Below are positions 13,927-27,262 of a stretch of DNA of 53,360 bases, in pieces. The stretch's first letter is position 1; each line of letters opens with the position of its first letter. The position numbers and the translations under genes were made by a program. The notes under the pieces were generated by a model, which saw only the letters and a list, made by a program, of their open reading frames with translations, was not told where the DNA came from and did no database searches. This DNA is from Octopus bimaculoides (Eukaryota). The stretch covers positions 47,397,158-47,450,517 of the forward strand of contig NC_068986.1 of assembly GCF_001194135.2 (NCBI RefSeq), read 5' to 3'.

Positions 13927-15436
13927 TGTGATCACATGACCAACCAAACTATCATATGTTACACATTGCTGGTCAAAATACATGTTTCATTGTTCTAGTC
14001 TTTCAAAGACACCACCCTGCTGGTCAGGTGAGTAGGCCAACATTCCCTGCTGATCGAAAGGGGACTTGGAGTAATATGAAATGTGTTTTGGTTAAGAACA
14101 CAATGCATTGCCTATCTAGGAATCAAACCCACAGTCTAGCAATCATGACTGCAACAGCCTTATCACTAGACTCCACACCTTCACACACACACACACACAC
14201 ACACATACACAATCTTAAACATAAAGAAATAGGGATTTTAGATACGGGCAAGTATCTTGTTCACACTCTGTTATGGTCCAGAGCTGGCTAACCACATTGA
14301 ATGATAAGGAATATTCAGAGTTGTTTAGGATAAACATTTAAATGTATTTAATTTCTTAAATAAATTGCACTTCATATTTGAAACTCTGATGAAACTGCAA
14401 AGTGTTACTCAGACACTCAACTATGCATCTACCACATCTTATAGTGGAAACAGCTGTAAGCTAATGAAGTTCATAATATAATTATTTATTCCTTTGTCAT
14501 CTCCTTTCTTATTACCACTCTGTACTCGACTAACTCCTCATTCAGAGGCATACACATATTGAGTTGTACATCAGGTTATTAGTATCACAATGCTTAATCA
14601 AAATATATGTGTGTGTATATTTGTGTCTCCCTATCTTGAATTTGTAGGATTGTTGTAAATGTATGCGTGTCATTCATTTCCAGTATTCCATGAAAACATG
14701 TCTAACCATGGAGGAAATATTACCTTGTTTAAAAATTGGAAAAGTTTGGCAACAGGAAGGGCATCCAGCCATAGAAAATCTGCTTCAATAAACTCCCTTT
14801 GCCCCATGCAAGCATGGAAAATGGACTTTAAAATGATGATAATGATGTTGTTGATAGGTTTGGTGATTATACTGAGGCGTCTAATTCCATTTGCAGTGAT
14901 GATTTGGTAAAAGTCCCAGAGCTGTGACTCTCAACCTCTTTTTGACTTTGAGGTGGACTGGGGTCAAAATTAAAAAAAAGATATTTGCAGCACTGGAGAA
15001 TAAATAACTTATTAATGGCACACTTCATTTAGGAACTTTAAAAAGAAAGCAAAAGAAAATCTGTGGCTTAAAGTTAAAAAATTCAGAAAAAACATAGAAA
15101 ACTGCTGCTTATCTTGTCAGCAGTGTAGCATTGGTAGGGCAACATGTGTGGTTGCTCTGGGCACAAAATCCCCCCCCACACACACACACAAAAAAAAAGA
15201 AAGAAAAAGAAAGAACTGATAAACTAGATATAAAATTGTATGCATTCCTCACAATATTTGCCTTGCACCAGGTGCTGGCAGCTCATGCTATGCCACCGTA
15301 TCATATACTTGTTCATTCATTGGTTTTACATTGGTTTCTTCATGTTGGCATGGGTTAGCTCAGCACATACAAGGTGGGGCAAAATTCACCCAGCAAAACA
15401 TTTGACATTTTATTTATATTATATTATCATTATTAT

Positions 15437-16103
15437 GGTGGTGAGCTAGCGGAATCATCACCGCACCTGGTAAGATGCCTAGTGGCATTTCATCCGTCTT
15501 TACGTTCTGAGTTCAAATTCTGCCAAGGTCAAATTTGCCTTTTATCATTTCGGGGTCGATAAATTAAGTACCATTTGCATACTGGGTCGACCTAATTGAC
15601 TGGCCTCCTCCCACAAAATTCCAGGCCCTGTGCCTAGCGTAGAAAAGAAAGGATTATCATTATTATTCAGGTGGTGAACTGGCAGAATTGTTAGAATGCT
15701 GGGCAAAATGTTTAGCGATATTTCATCTGCCGCTACATTCTGAGTTCAAATTCCACCAAGGTTGACTTTACCTTTTATTCTTTCAGGGTTGATAAAATAA
15801 GTACCAGTTGAACACTGGAGTCGATGTAATCAACTTAACCCTTCCCCAAAATTGCTGCCCTTGTGGCAAAATCTGAAACCATTATTTACGGTGGTGAGCT
15901 GGCAGAATTACTAGCATGCTGGGCGAAATGCTTAGCAGTATTTCACCTGTTGCTACACTCTGAGTTCAAATTCCGCCGAGGTCGAATTTGTCTTTCATCC
16001 CTTCTGGGCCAATAAGATAAGTACCAGTTGAGTCCTGGGGTCTATGTAATTGACTATCCATCTCCACACAAAAATTTCAGGCTTTGTGCTTATAGTAGAA
16101 AGG

Positions 16104-16147
<44 letters not shown>

Positions 16148-16358
16148 GGCAGTAAGCTGGCAGAATTGTTAGGATGCCAGGTGAAACTCTTAGCAGCATT
16201 TCGCCTGTTTTTATGTTGTGAGTTCAAATTCTGCTGAGGTTGACTTTGCCTTTCAACATTTCAGGGTTGATAAAGTAAGTACCAGTTGAGTACTGGGGTC
16301 AATGTAATCAACTTATCCCCTCTTCAGAACTTGCTGGCCTTGTGCCAAAATTTGAAAT
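15437..16358 (+). mobile_element. Head-to-tail stack of four ~210-bp tRNA-derived SINE family C copies separated by (ATT)n
   Basis: Starts at 15437, 15669, 15890 and 16147, each ggtggtgagctggcagaat...tgagttcaaattc...gataaaataagtacc. Other copies at 4262-4435, 34530-34710, 52670-52830 (+) and 41220-41650, 44520-44730, 45560-45790 (-). Confidence 0.9.
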
Positions 16359-17859
16359 CATCATTATTATTATTATTATTCATTTTGTTCATCATATACA
16401 ACTACATATGTCTTTATCATTATTCTATTTATTTTATTCAATTTTTAAAAAAGTTGAAGCATACATACCCAGCCTTAGAAACCATGCCAAATCAGATTTG
16501 AACCTGGTGCAGCATCTCTAACACTCTCACTCTCCCATTCTCTCTGTGTTAATTCTCCCTCAAATCAAAACCTACTGTATTGGAAAAGGAAGGACACAAT
16601 GGACAGACTATCTAAATAATGCATCTTTGGATGTACAGACAAAGAGGATGGATTTGGTTGGTCACTCCATCTCCGAGAAACAGCAGCTAAATTTACCTTA
16701 AATCACACCATGTTTACTGTCTTAAAAATTTGATTGGACTGTCATGGCTGGAATATTGTTGATCATTTGTTACAGAGCTAACCAATATAACAGCAATGAC
16801 AACAATAACATTGCCATTAGTATTGTGAAATAATAAAAAAAAATTAAAAACTCATTAAAGAATGTTGTTGTTATTGATGACGACAATGACAATGATTATG
16901 ATGAGAAGGAGGAATAGGATGGGGGAAAAGGAAAAGAGGAGGAGTAGGTGGAGGAATGAGAATGAAAAAGGGAGGAACAGGATGACATAGCTCAACTTGA
17001 CAACAAAATGAGTGTGGTGATATGAGTTGGTTGTCTCTTGTTTTTCCTTGTTTATGACATTTGTTTAGGTTGTTATTAATCTTCTTATTTCTTCTCTCAC
17101 TCTCTCTGTTTTTCTCTCTTGTCCTTTCTCTCTTTCTATTCCATAGTCCTTCCTCTTATACTCTCTCTCTCTCAGCTTCTGTCACATTTGTCTCTCAATT
17201 TCTCAGTCTACATATCTTTCACAATTTCTCTCAATCTCTTCTCATCCTCTTCACATACACTTCTGTCTTCTTTTCTTCAAACCATTCTCTCTCGCTCCCT
17301 CTATCTCTCTTCCTTTTTCTCTTCATCTGTCTTTCTCTCATTATCTATATGTTCATCTATAATTTCTCTTCCTAGCCTATATTTCCTTTTAATTTCTACC
17401 TCTTATTTCCCCCCCACTCACTCTCCTTTTTTCTTCTTTGCAGACTCTATATTTTTCATATAACATTCTCGTCCTTCCTTCCTCTCATTCCACTCTGCAG
17501 TCCTCTAACTGTCTCATTTTCTTTCTGTCATGGTTGTCTCTCAATTTCTCTATCTTTGTATCTTACCTTTCTTATTTTCCCTAAATCAATCCTGACTCCC
17601 ACGTCGCTCTCTCTTTCCCTCCATCTCTCTCTGCTCCTCTCTTTCCATATCTCCATGTCTTCTTCCTTTCCTTTCACACATAGTTAGCTTGATTAATTAG
17701 CATCCTCAAAGTATGGACATTTTACAGACCGATGCCTTATCATCAAAGAAACAAAGCAACATCATATGATGTGAAGCTAATGATAAATGTGATGTTTCTC
17801 CATCATTGCTGAAGATGACCAACACCCAGGATTGGCTTGTATGTCTATGGTCTGCTATT

Positions 17860-18280
17860 AGGCATATATTACCTGTTTGGTAAGTAGCTTGCTTATGAAC
17901 CTTATGGTTCCGGGTTCAGTCCCACTGCGTAGAACCTTGGGCAAGTGTCTTCTACTATAACCTCGGGCCGACCAATGCCTTGTGAGTGGATTTGGTAGAC
18001 AGAAACTGAAAGAAGCCTGTTGTGTATATGTATATATATATATATATGTATTTGTATGTATATACTTGTGTGTGTGTGTTTGTCCCCTCAAAATCGCTTG
18101 ACAACTGATGTTGGTGTGTTTACGTACTTGTAACTTAGCAGTTCAGCAAAAGAGACTGATAGAATAAGTACTAGGCTTACAAAGAATAAGTCCTAGGGTC
18201 GATTTGCTTGACTAAAGGCAGTGCTCCAGCATGGCCACAGTCAAATGACTGAAACAAGTAAAAAAGTAAAAGAGTAAAGA
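17860..18280 (+). mobile_element. Near full-length SINE family A copy
   Basis: tRNA-like head ggttccgggttcagtccc, central (TA)(TG) tract, tail gaataagtcctagggtcgatttg...gaaacaagtaaaa. Other copies or fragments at 11350-11540, 13255-13400, 27980-28140, 34330-34470, 35380-35510, 37320-37500, 46235-46410 and 48265-48450. Confidence 0.9.
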
Positions 18281-18281
18281 G

Positions 18282-18346
<65 letters not shown>

Positions 18347-20325
18347 TATACATACACACATGCATACAGACATATATGTTGTGCATGTGTATCTTTGTAC
18401 CTCTTCGTCTTGAAATCATGTGATAGTTGTAAATGAGTGTCACTAATTTCTAATCGTCTGTGAAAACCTATCTGATCATCTGGAAATATCTCATTTGGAA
18501 ACTAGTGAGGATTGGCAACAGGAAGGGCACCCAGTTGTAGAAAGTCTAACACCACAAGTTCTGTCTAAGTTACAAAAGCATGGAAAAGCAGATATTAAAA
18601 CATGGATAACGATGATGATGATGATGATGATGGCATTCATTTTTGTACATCTCTATATAATCCTTTTAATGAAGACAAATTCAATAATTTACGGGAAATT
18701 AAAAACAAATGTGCCTCTTCAGTTTTCATATGAGAGCTTAATGGATTTGAGTTCCATCCTTAGAAGCCTTTAGAAAAAGTAGAGACAGTAAAAAGTTTCA
18801 TAATAGATTCTGATATCCTTCTTTATTGCCATGATCCAATATGTCAAAACCAGAACCCTCTTTGTTAAATGTACTTTAGTTAGCAGCCAGTGACCTGACA
18901 GCATTTGTGTCACTTGGTTGTAATTGAGTCTTTATAAAGACATACCACCTATGACATGGATTTATTCTTCATGACAGAAGTGTTAGATGCCTGCCTGAGC
19001 CTCTTACAACAGTTACATCATTTAAAGGAAAGACTAGCAATTAATCCACTTGCCTTGCTACTTCCAGATGAATAAAAACATCATTGATTTGTGTCAATCT
19101 TTATTTGTTAGTTTAACATTTCCAGGTATGAAACGTAATGTATTTCATAAAGAATAGAGACATTGTCATCCAGTGTTATGTTTGAAGGACCATCTCTCTG
19201 TTAGGAGATGGTCACTGTCAACAACTCTAATATTCTCTTCTCTACAAGCATCTTTTATAATATACTGTGATGAAAAGAAATCATTTCAGCAATGGGTTCA
19301 AAATTATTGAGAAAATGATTTGAACCAATGTATTCTATCCATTTTATTCTATAGCTTTGGCATTTCAAATATGAACTGCAGAAACATGAGAAAACTAAAG
19401 GAATATGAAATATACAATTTTCCGTATAGTTATTAGAAATAGTTTATATTTAGACTAAATTTCTAGATGATAATTAAAATATAGCCAAAATTATTGTAAA
19501 GCAGTTATTGCTTTAATTATTATCTCACCAAGTTACCATTTTGCTACACAGTGAGAATAAAATAGGTTCGGCCAAAGAAATCATTTACTAATGCATTCTG
19601 TTTGTTTAAGTAAAGCTATTTCCTTTCATTTTAACAAAGCGTTTACACAATACTTGTTCACATAGCTTTTATGACAGAATCTGTGAGAAGTCTGTTCTAA
19701 ATGTGCGTGCGTGCGTGCGTGCGTGCGTGTCTATTACCTAGCCATCCAAGGTAGTGTTGCAGCATAGCTATTGGCCAATGATGGGGGAATTTTAGGGCTT
19801 ATAAATCTAATATTTTCCTATCTGTCCTTAATACCGGTTCCCATATGCTAGTCATATCTGCACTCACTCTGCTTAGGAGGTTGTTGTGTTCTAGCCTATG
19901 TGCTGCTTCTTTTAGTTTTTGTATTTTCCAGTGGTGTTCTCTGCCTATTATTTTAACTTCATCCCACAGGGGGAAGTGGTCTCCATTTTTCCATACATGA
20001 TCAGCTGTACCCGATTTATCAATATCTCCTCATGTCACAACAAACAAGATGAGGACAAATATTCATCAAATGTAAATAATGTAAATAATGTACATAATTC
20101 CTCATCTCTTAAATATAGAACTGAGAAATATAAGAGTTTTAATTATTTTATCATGGGGGTCCAGTAGAGTTAAACAGAAATCAAAAGGATCCATGGGGAA
20201 AAAATGGCTGAGAATCACTGGTCTCAACAAACAGCAAAAACTTCCATGAATGCAAAGGTTTTACAGAAAACTTTTTCATTCAAGCCTTTTTCCTTCAGTT
20301 CTAAGATGCCACAATAATCTGTTAA

Positions 20326-20543
20326 CTCTTGTCTTACCATAGTTTTAATGAAATACACTGCCTTTGTTTCAGTTAATTTTGAAATAATGAAGAACTTAGC
20401 AAAATAATTATCATTTTTAAGCTGGGGTTTTAAACATAAATTAACATGAAATTTCGATGGAAAATTTAATTTAGATCACTTTAAAATTGAAAGTTTGTGT
20501 TACAGAACCAGGACTTGCATCAGGTGGGTCAGTAGTAAAAGGG
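20326..20543. mobile_element. TTAA-flanked MITE (second family); partial relative at ~6150-6303
   Basis: ttaa-ctcttgtcttacc ... gtagtaaaaggg-ttaa. Internal sequence resembles 6150-6303, which ends ...gtatcaggagggttaa. Confidence 0.6.
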
Positions 20544-20652
20544 TTAAGTGAGATATACATCTAGTTCATCGCATTTATTTGGCCATTGTCTTCACAAGAG
20601 ATAACAGTGATTACCATCACATATTAGTGACCCACTATTTATGATGTTAAAT

Positions 20653-20983
20653 TAGTGGTTCTCAACTAGGGTCCATAAGGCCCCAGAGGACCCATATAAG
20701 ATTTTTGGGGGGTCTATGCAGTAAAATAGTAAAATTGACTGCTATAGTATTTTAAGAGCCCCTGAAAAAATTTTCTTTAGATGTATGTATTGCAAGAAAC
20801 AACCACCTTTCTTTCTCTACCATTTCACATAGTTCAGCCTACACAAGTTAATATGTGAAAAACAAAATAGGAATTACGAAAAAAGTTTCCAGCAAACTAG
20901 TTTATAAATATTGAATGGCTACAGAGGTCCATAAGAATAAAACAGTAAAAGGACCATAGATAAAAAATGGTTGAGAACTTCTC
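20653..20983. mobile_element. hAT-type MITE
   Basis: Termini tagtggttctcaac / gttgagaacttctc and a perfect 8-bp target-site duplication TGTTAAAT (20645-20652 and 20984-20991). Confidence 0.88.
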
Positions 20984-23787
20984 TGTTAAATGATAACTGA
21001 ATCTTCCTTTTACAATAAATAAATAGATAAGTAAATAGATTAAATGTGATTCCACATAACAGATTAAATATGAATTCTGAATATTATTGCTAAATATAAT
21101 TTTTAATTATCACTGCTATAATGGAAATAGATTTTCTCCCTCTCATAAATGGATGGCCTAATGAAAATGAAACAGAATCTTTGTTATAACAGAAAAATAT
21201 ATTTATCAGGAAACAACTTATAAGTGAGTGTATATTATATGGCACATAGAAAAATATTATACATAAATATCAGAAATGATAATATGTACTTGGTGATGAA
21301 AATAATTTGTAAAATGAAGTAAAACATAAAACATTCTTATATTATGGGGTGACATGTAGATGTTTGTAGTCTGGCAGGCAAAATGGTGCATGTTCCCACA
21401 AAGAACGGTGAGGGAGAAGTTCTGAAAGAACCATTCCTCCTTGTAAGTTCATTGCTACAGATAGTGATCTCTGTTCCAATACAGTAGGGAAGTGGTTCAG
21501 TGGAGGTCCTGGGATATTGAGCATTTCCACTTATATAGATTTGAAAAAAAGAATAAAAAGTATATCAGAGAGCTGTTGGGACTTTGTATATAGATTTTTT
21601 CCTGTATAAGTCCAGCTAGCCATCACTTGTGAGTGAGTATGTCTTGGTAGCATGTACTATGCTTTCACTAATTGTTTGAGGTGCTTATGTAGTGGCGAGC
21701 AGACATAACCACCCTCTTAGACCTTCTATTCTTTTCTCCAGGATGTAACTGCTGGAGGAAGAGAAGGTCGCACCACACCAATCAAATTTAGATTATTTGT
21801 TTTATTTATTCTTTAATTTATTATCTATTGTATTTGGAGAACAGTAGTGTTATTGGCTACATGTTTCCAACAGGAAAATCACTGGGTCAATGCATTTATG
21901 AGGGCAGAGCAACAAGGAAATGTCACCCTCACTATCAGAAATGTGCAACTTGGTTGAAACAAATATTACACAGCATATTTATCTGAAATAACTGGTGGGA
22001 AGGGCTCAGATTTCACTTGATGTTTAAAATTTTTACTAATAGATAGGAGTGCAAAGTACATGCTTGCACCATGCATGCACATGTGCACTCTCTCACACAC
22101 ACACACAAATGCATGCACACACAACACAAACACAAAAACACACACACACACACACACACACAAATTCATGCATACAATACAAACACACACACACATGTAT
22201 GTGCATGTGCACATACATGCACACACACACACAGCACAAATGCATGCACACACAACACAAACACAGCACAAATGTATGCACACACAACACAAACACACAC
22301 ACATGCATGTGCATGCACACACACATGATGAATTTTGGTCAACCTGTGACTGTTGTAAAAGACACTTGCTCAAGATGCCATAGTTGTGAAACAAACTTTT
22401 TAATCACATAGCATCATACTTATACCGTATTTATATCAGGGACAGTTATTGATTATATATATGCCATAGTAGTAGATTATATTTCATCAAGCGTAGTTCA
22501 TTAGAAAATTACATGAACATTAAAATTTTTAAAACTTAACTTCACTGACTCACTTCCCACAATGCAATATCATTGAATTTACATGTGCAAGATATCAGAT
22601 GATAGTAGAAATGTTTTGCTCACAGTCAAAGTTATTTATCATTTTCAATCAGATACTGTCCTCTTCCTGTCCTGATGCCATTTTTAATGGGGAGAAAAAT
22701 ATGGAAAATGAAATAGAATATCTTTTGGATTAGATACTAGAAATTTGTATTAATAAATACTGAAAGGAAAAAAAAAAAAAATTCTGAAATGCGATTTACA
22801 TAAGAAATCCCTTAAAAAAAGTGGTTTTGTGGCAGAAAGTTTAGATTTGAACAAAATCTTGAAATTCATTCAACTGTAAAATTACCTTCCTCTTGCAACA
22901 CTGCAAAATTTCCTAAGCTATTGAGAAGGTTTTTGAGAAGGTTTAAAAATAATTGCAAAGATTATTCTAGTAGCATTTAAATATATGAATGTGTATGCAT
23001 GTACATGCATATGTATATGTGGTGTGTATATGTGTATGTATGTATTTTATATAGAGAAATTTACAGGCTGTGCTATTTTAAAGACAAGATCTTTAAATTA
23101 ACTTATAATCCATTATATGAGCATGTTATTTATATATTTTATAAATTTTCCATCCATTTCTGTGTTCACTTGGTTTATTTTTATCACTCCTGTTTTATTT
23201 CAGTGAAATAAAATTTAAAATCTGCAAAACTTTATTTTATTAATCTTTTAGAATTTAGAGAAAAAAAAATGTTAATTTAAAGGATTTTACATATGTTCAT
23301 GATAGAATGAGTTGGATTGTTCCGTAAATTCAGAAATACTACTTGAATTCTTGGGGCTGTATTTTACATTTAAAAAACCTTTTTTAATACATATCACATA
23401 TTTCATAAATAATAATACATCATACTGTTAACATTTCTAACATTTTTAAGCAAGGCTTTTTAATAGAAATAATAGTAATTTCACAATTTATGAAGCTCTA
23501 CCCATTAGGTGCTCATGATCACAAATCAACAAACATTACAAATTTCTTGTCTATCAAGTGTATAATGTTATTTAAATTTCCGTCTTGCTACACAATGCAT
23601 TTCTGCACATGTCATCACAGTTTTGTTTCATTTTCTAATTTAGGATATTTTAAAATTTGAAATTTTGAATAAATTTGCATTTCTCTACATTCTGCCTGGT
23701 TAAATGGCTTTCATTACTTTACAATACTTGTAAATGTGTGATAATGCTTCATATGTACTCACAAATTCTTCATTTCAAACATCATCA

Positions 23788-24046
23788 AATTTACATTATT
23801 TACAATTGCCAGATATTTGTCCTCATCTTTGTTGTTAACACGTTTCGGCTGATATATACCCTCCAGCCTTCATCAGGTCTCTTGGGGAAATTTCGAACCT
23901 GGGTTCTCATTCCTAAGGTATTTTTCGATGTTATTATTATTATTCTTCTTCTTCTTATTATTATTATTTTTCAGGTCACTGCCTGGAATCGCACTTGGAA
24001 TCGTGGAGTTAGTAGCCCATGCTCTTAACCACTATGCCACATGCCC
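23788..24046 (-). mobile_element. tRNA-derived SINE-like element containing a hammerhead ribozyme core
   Basis: tRNA-like head with box A TGGCATAGTGG (24039-24029) and box B-like GTGCGATTCC (23994-23985), an internal (TAA)/(GAA) tract, then the hammerhead core. A 3' fragment of the same family lies at ~20037-20117 (+). Confidence 0.75.
23835..23882 (-). ncRNA. Hammerhead ribozyme core motif (minimal type I-like; this copy probably degenerate)
   Basis: Minus strand CTGATGA-A-GGCTG-[12 nt]-CAGCC-GAAAC-GT: both conserved core boxes around a perfect 5-bp stem II. Stem I pairing and the NUH site are poor in this copy. Confidence 0.65.
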
Positions 24047-24621
24047 ATAGTATCATCAAATATATTAATTTCTTTTACATGAGAAAAAAAAAGCAAAAGG
24101 TTATAATCAATTGAATTGACCTCAGTTTATTACTGTTACTTGTTTTATCATATCCTGTCCGGTGAATATAAAGTCATCATCAGCAGGATTTTATAAAAAT
24201 TGAATTTTAATAGCACAGTAATAGGAAAACGGTACAATCATCAGCTTGTTCAGAGTCTTCAAGATTATTGGGAGGAAGAAAAGAAGGAAGGAAGTTATTC
24301 TCAGACTGAAGTCCAAGGGATAGGGGGTGTTATTAAACTGAATGAGGGATTAAATCTATTACCCAAGAACAATATCATCATCATCATCCTCATCACTTCA
24401 CATCCACTTCTCCTTGCATGCATGAATCAGATGGAATTTGTTGAAGAGGGTTTCTATGACCAGATGCTTTTCTTGTCATCAACCCTCATCATTTTTCTAA
24501 GGTAATAGTTCTTCATGGCTAGACATGATTTTCATGGTAGACTGGCAATATACTACCTTGCTTGTATGATGACGATGATGACGATGCTCATTTGCAACCA
24601 TCAAATGACATCTAGACAAGG

Positions 24622-24709
<88 letters not shown>

Positions 24710-25819
24710 ATGAATATATAATATATATTTGGAGAGAGAATGAGCTTCTTTCAGTTTCCATCCACCTAATAGATTCACTGCAAATATGGAAAAGTGGACA
24801 ATAAAGCAATGATGATGATAAAGATGGTCTTAATTAATTCAAATTATACTGAAACTAAGAAACAATAATTAGCTCATTTGAAACTGGTCAAGAAAGGTAG
24901 GGGAGACAATCCTGGAAATTAAATTGTTTTATTTATTTATTTTTTCTGATCTTATAGAAGGGTCTCCAAGACTGGTGGGAGAGGGGTAAAAAGGTAGTCT
25001 CAAAATCAGGAGAAAATCTACTAAAGGCACCCAGAGTGCCAGGTGGTGGTGTTAAATCAAGAAATGGATTAAGTCAACCACATGGGTAAGCTGTTATTGG
25101 ATTTGAACTCAAAATTCAAGGGATTGGAATAAATCATACAATACCTTCTCAGAGTTCAGCTAATCCATTGCTCTGAGTTGATACATTTTTAATTGAACTC
25201 GAAAGGAGGAAAAGTAAGATTGACTTGGGTGGAGTTTGAATTCTGAGCACAGAGAAATGGAACAATGAAATTATGGAATTGATTGAATATAGAATGGGGT
25301 TGAATGTTTATTTAAGTGTCATAAAACGAAAAAAAGAAAAACGAAAAAAAGAACTTGAGAATTATTTGCAGGTATTTGTCTTTCCTTAAAAAAATAACAA
25401 TTTCTAGTATATGAGGAATAAAAAAAAAAACTCTTATTGTGAAAAGATCTTGGATGAGATCTTTTCAAAATGAGATTAAAAATGAAATAGATGGAACATG
25501 GAAGGGCAAGAGTTTTCTTTCTTCCAGAGCGTGTGTATAACTTGCTATATGTATTATAATAATTAGTATATATTATTTTGGTTGAGTTAGTTTCTTAGAG
25601 TCTTCAGACAAGTTATAACTTACCTGAAAACCCTGTGTACTTGGAGGTGAGTCTCAGAGTAGCACAAAATTGACTTGACCAAAATAAAAATATTAATTCT
25701 CACTATGGTATCATGTACTCTTTCTTCCAACAGTCAACACTAAGCATATATGTGTGTATGTATGTGTGTGTGCATGTGCACACAAATGTGCATATGTATG
25801 TATGTGCATGTATATGTAT

Positions 25820-26022
25820 GAGGGGGGAACTGAAAAGTTCCTGTAAAAGAAAATATAGGAGGATCAGTTAATTATGATTTTATTCAACATATTCACCTCT
25901 CAGATTCACAAACTTAATACAGCGGTCCTTCAGTTTTTCTAAGCCGTGTAAAATAAGTTGGAAGATTGGGCTTCCAACTAGATCTTTTGCAATACCCTTA
26001 AAGCCAGGAACTTTTCAGTGCA
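25820..26022 (-). mobile_element. mariner-derived MITE retaining the last ~21 transposase codons
   Basis: Inverted repeats ctgaaaagttcctg (25830-25843) and caggaacttttcag (26005-26018). Minus strand reads GLEKLKDRCIKFVNLRGEYVE*, a mariner-type C-terminus. Confidence 0.85.
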
Positions 26023-26791
26023 TGTATTGTTCTAAGAAGAAATTGAATTGCTTAGATCAAACAAAATATTATTTGTTCAGTGATGCAATGATTAACAAAT
26101 TAAGAACAATAATAGTTATACACAGTTAATAATGCAATTATTGGTTATGTATTGATTTTGAATAAATTTGTAAATGATACAAAAATCTATCAGCTGTGAA
26201 ATATGTAAACAAAGAAAGCAAAAACTAATGTCCTCCATAAGAATACACCAGCTTAAAAATATTGTGAAATTTCTTTTAAAATGTAGACACACTCTACTGA
26301 AGTGAAAATTTTGCAGTGAAATATTTCCTCATGGGTAAAGTAAATTTATTGATTATTTCCACCCCCTCATCTCTTAAAATGAATTCCATCTGACTAAAGA
26401 AGCATGTCAATAAAGCCATTTGTCTGTGTTTTTTACTGCAAAGAATTTCAATGAGTTAAATACTTTGTCTGTCAACCAGTTGAATCCTGTATACACGTAA
26501 AATCTTTCTCTTCATATAATGAGCCAGATATTTTTAGATGTAAAAAATAATCATATTCAAATATAAATGTCAAATCAGGTTTTATGTATTTTTAAAATCG
26601 TATTTCATCTTGGCTTTGGAATGTATTTATTGAGGAAAAACGTGCATAAGAGAGAACCTATATGTAATTTTACAATAAAAAAAAATTAAATAGAAACAAT
26701 ATTGGTGCATTTATATATATATATATATATATTTGTATATATATAACATGTATGATATATATATGTATACATAAACACACAAACTCATATG

Positions 26792-26835
<44 letters not shown>

Positions 26836-27220
26836 AAGTTCTTATATACCCACTCCCATCCCTCCTTCATATCAGCACACACATATCTGCATATTCAGCA
26901 ATAATCTCCTTTTATCTCTTTTCTCTTCATCCTGTCTCTTCTTATGTATGTATATATATACTTACATGTATACATACATACATACATGCATAAATGTATT
27001 CATACATGCAGATATACACATACATGCATACTTGTATACATATGTACATACATACATACATACATGCATGAAGAAATATATTTTGTACCTTTAGAATTAT
27101 GCATATATTATTTGTCCGTCTCTTTGCCTCTTTTTTTCTCTTTCTCACTCCTTTATTTTTCTTCTGACTTGCATAATCCAAAGTTAATAATTGTTTATCT
27201 TTGTGCTACAGTTGTGATCT

Positions 27221-27262
<42 letters not shown>

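Noticed and set aside
14385-14462. Hammerhead-like pieces (ccac-loop-gtgg-aaACAGCTGT-A; separate ctgatga)
   Set aside because: No CTGANGA box adjacent to the stem, and the upstream ctgatga has no partner stem.
15437-16358. CRISPR-like repeat-spacer array
   Set aside because: Eukaryotic ~210-bp SINE copies separated by microsatellite; no short repeats with unique spacers and no cas genes.
21966-22411. His/Thr- or Cys/Val-rich ORFs (also 24497-24809, 26670-27222, 29846-30718, 35800-36150, 17061-17463)
   Set aside because: Translations of dinucleotide or trinucleotide microsatellites and low-complexity DNA.
23975-24046. Functional tRNA gene
   Set aside because: Degenerate stems and a mutated box B; contiguous with repeat body, so a SINE head.
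25618-25634. Recursive-splice-like ttttcag|gtaagt on the minus strand
   Set aside because: Polypyrimidine tract too short and competing AGs just upstream.
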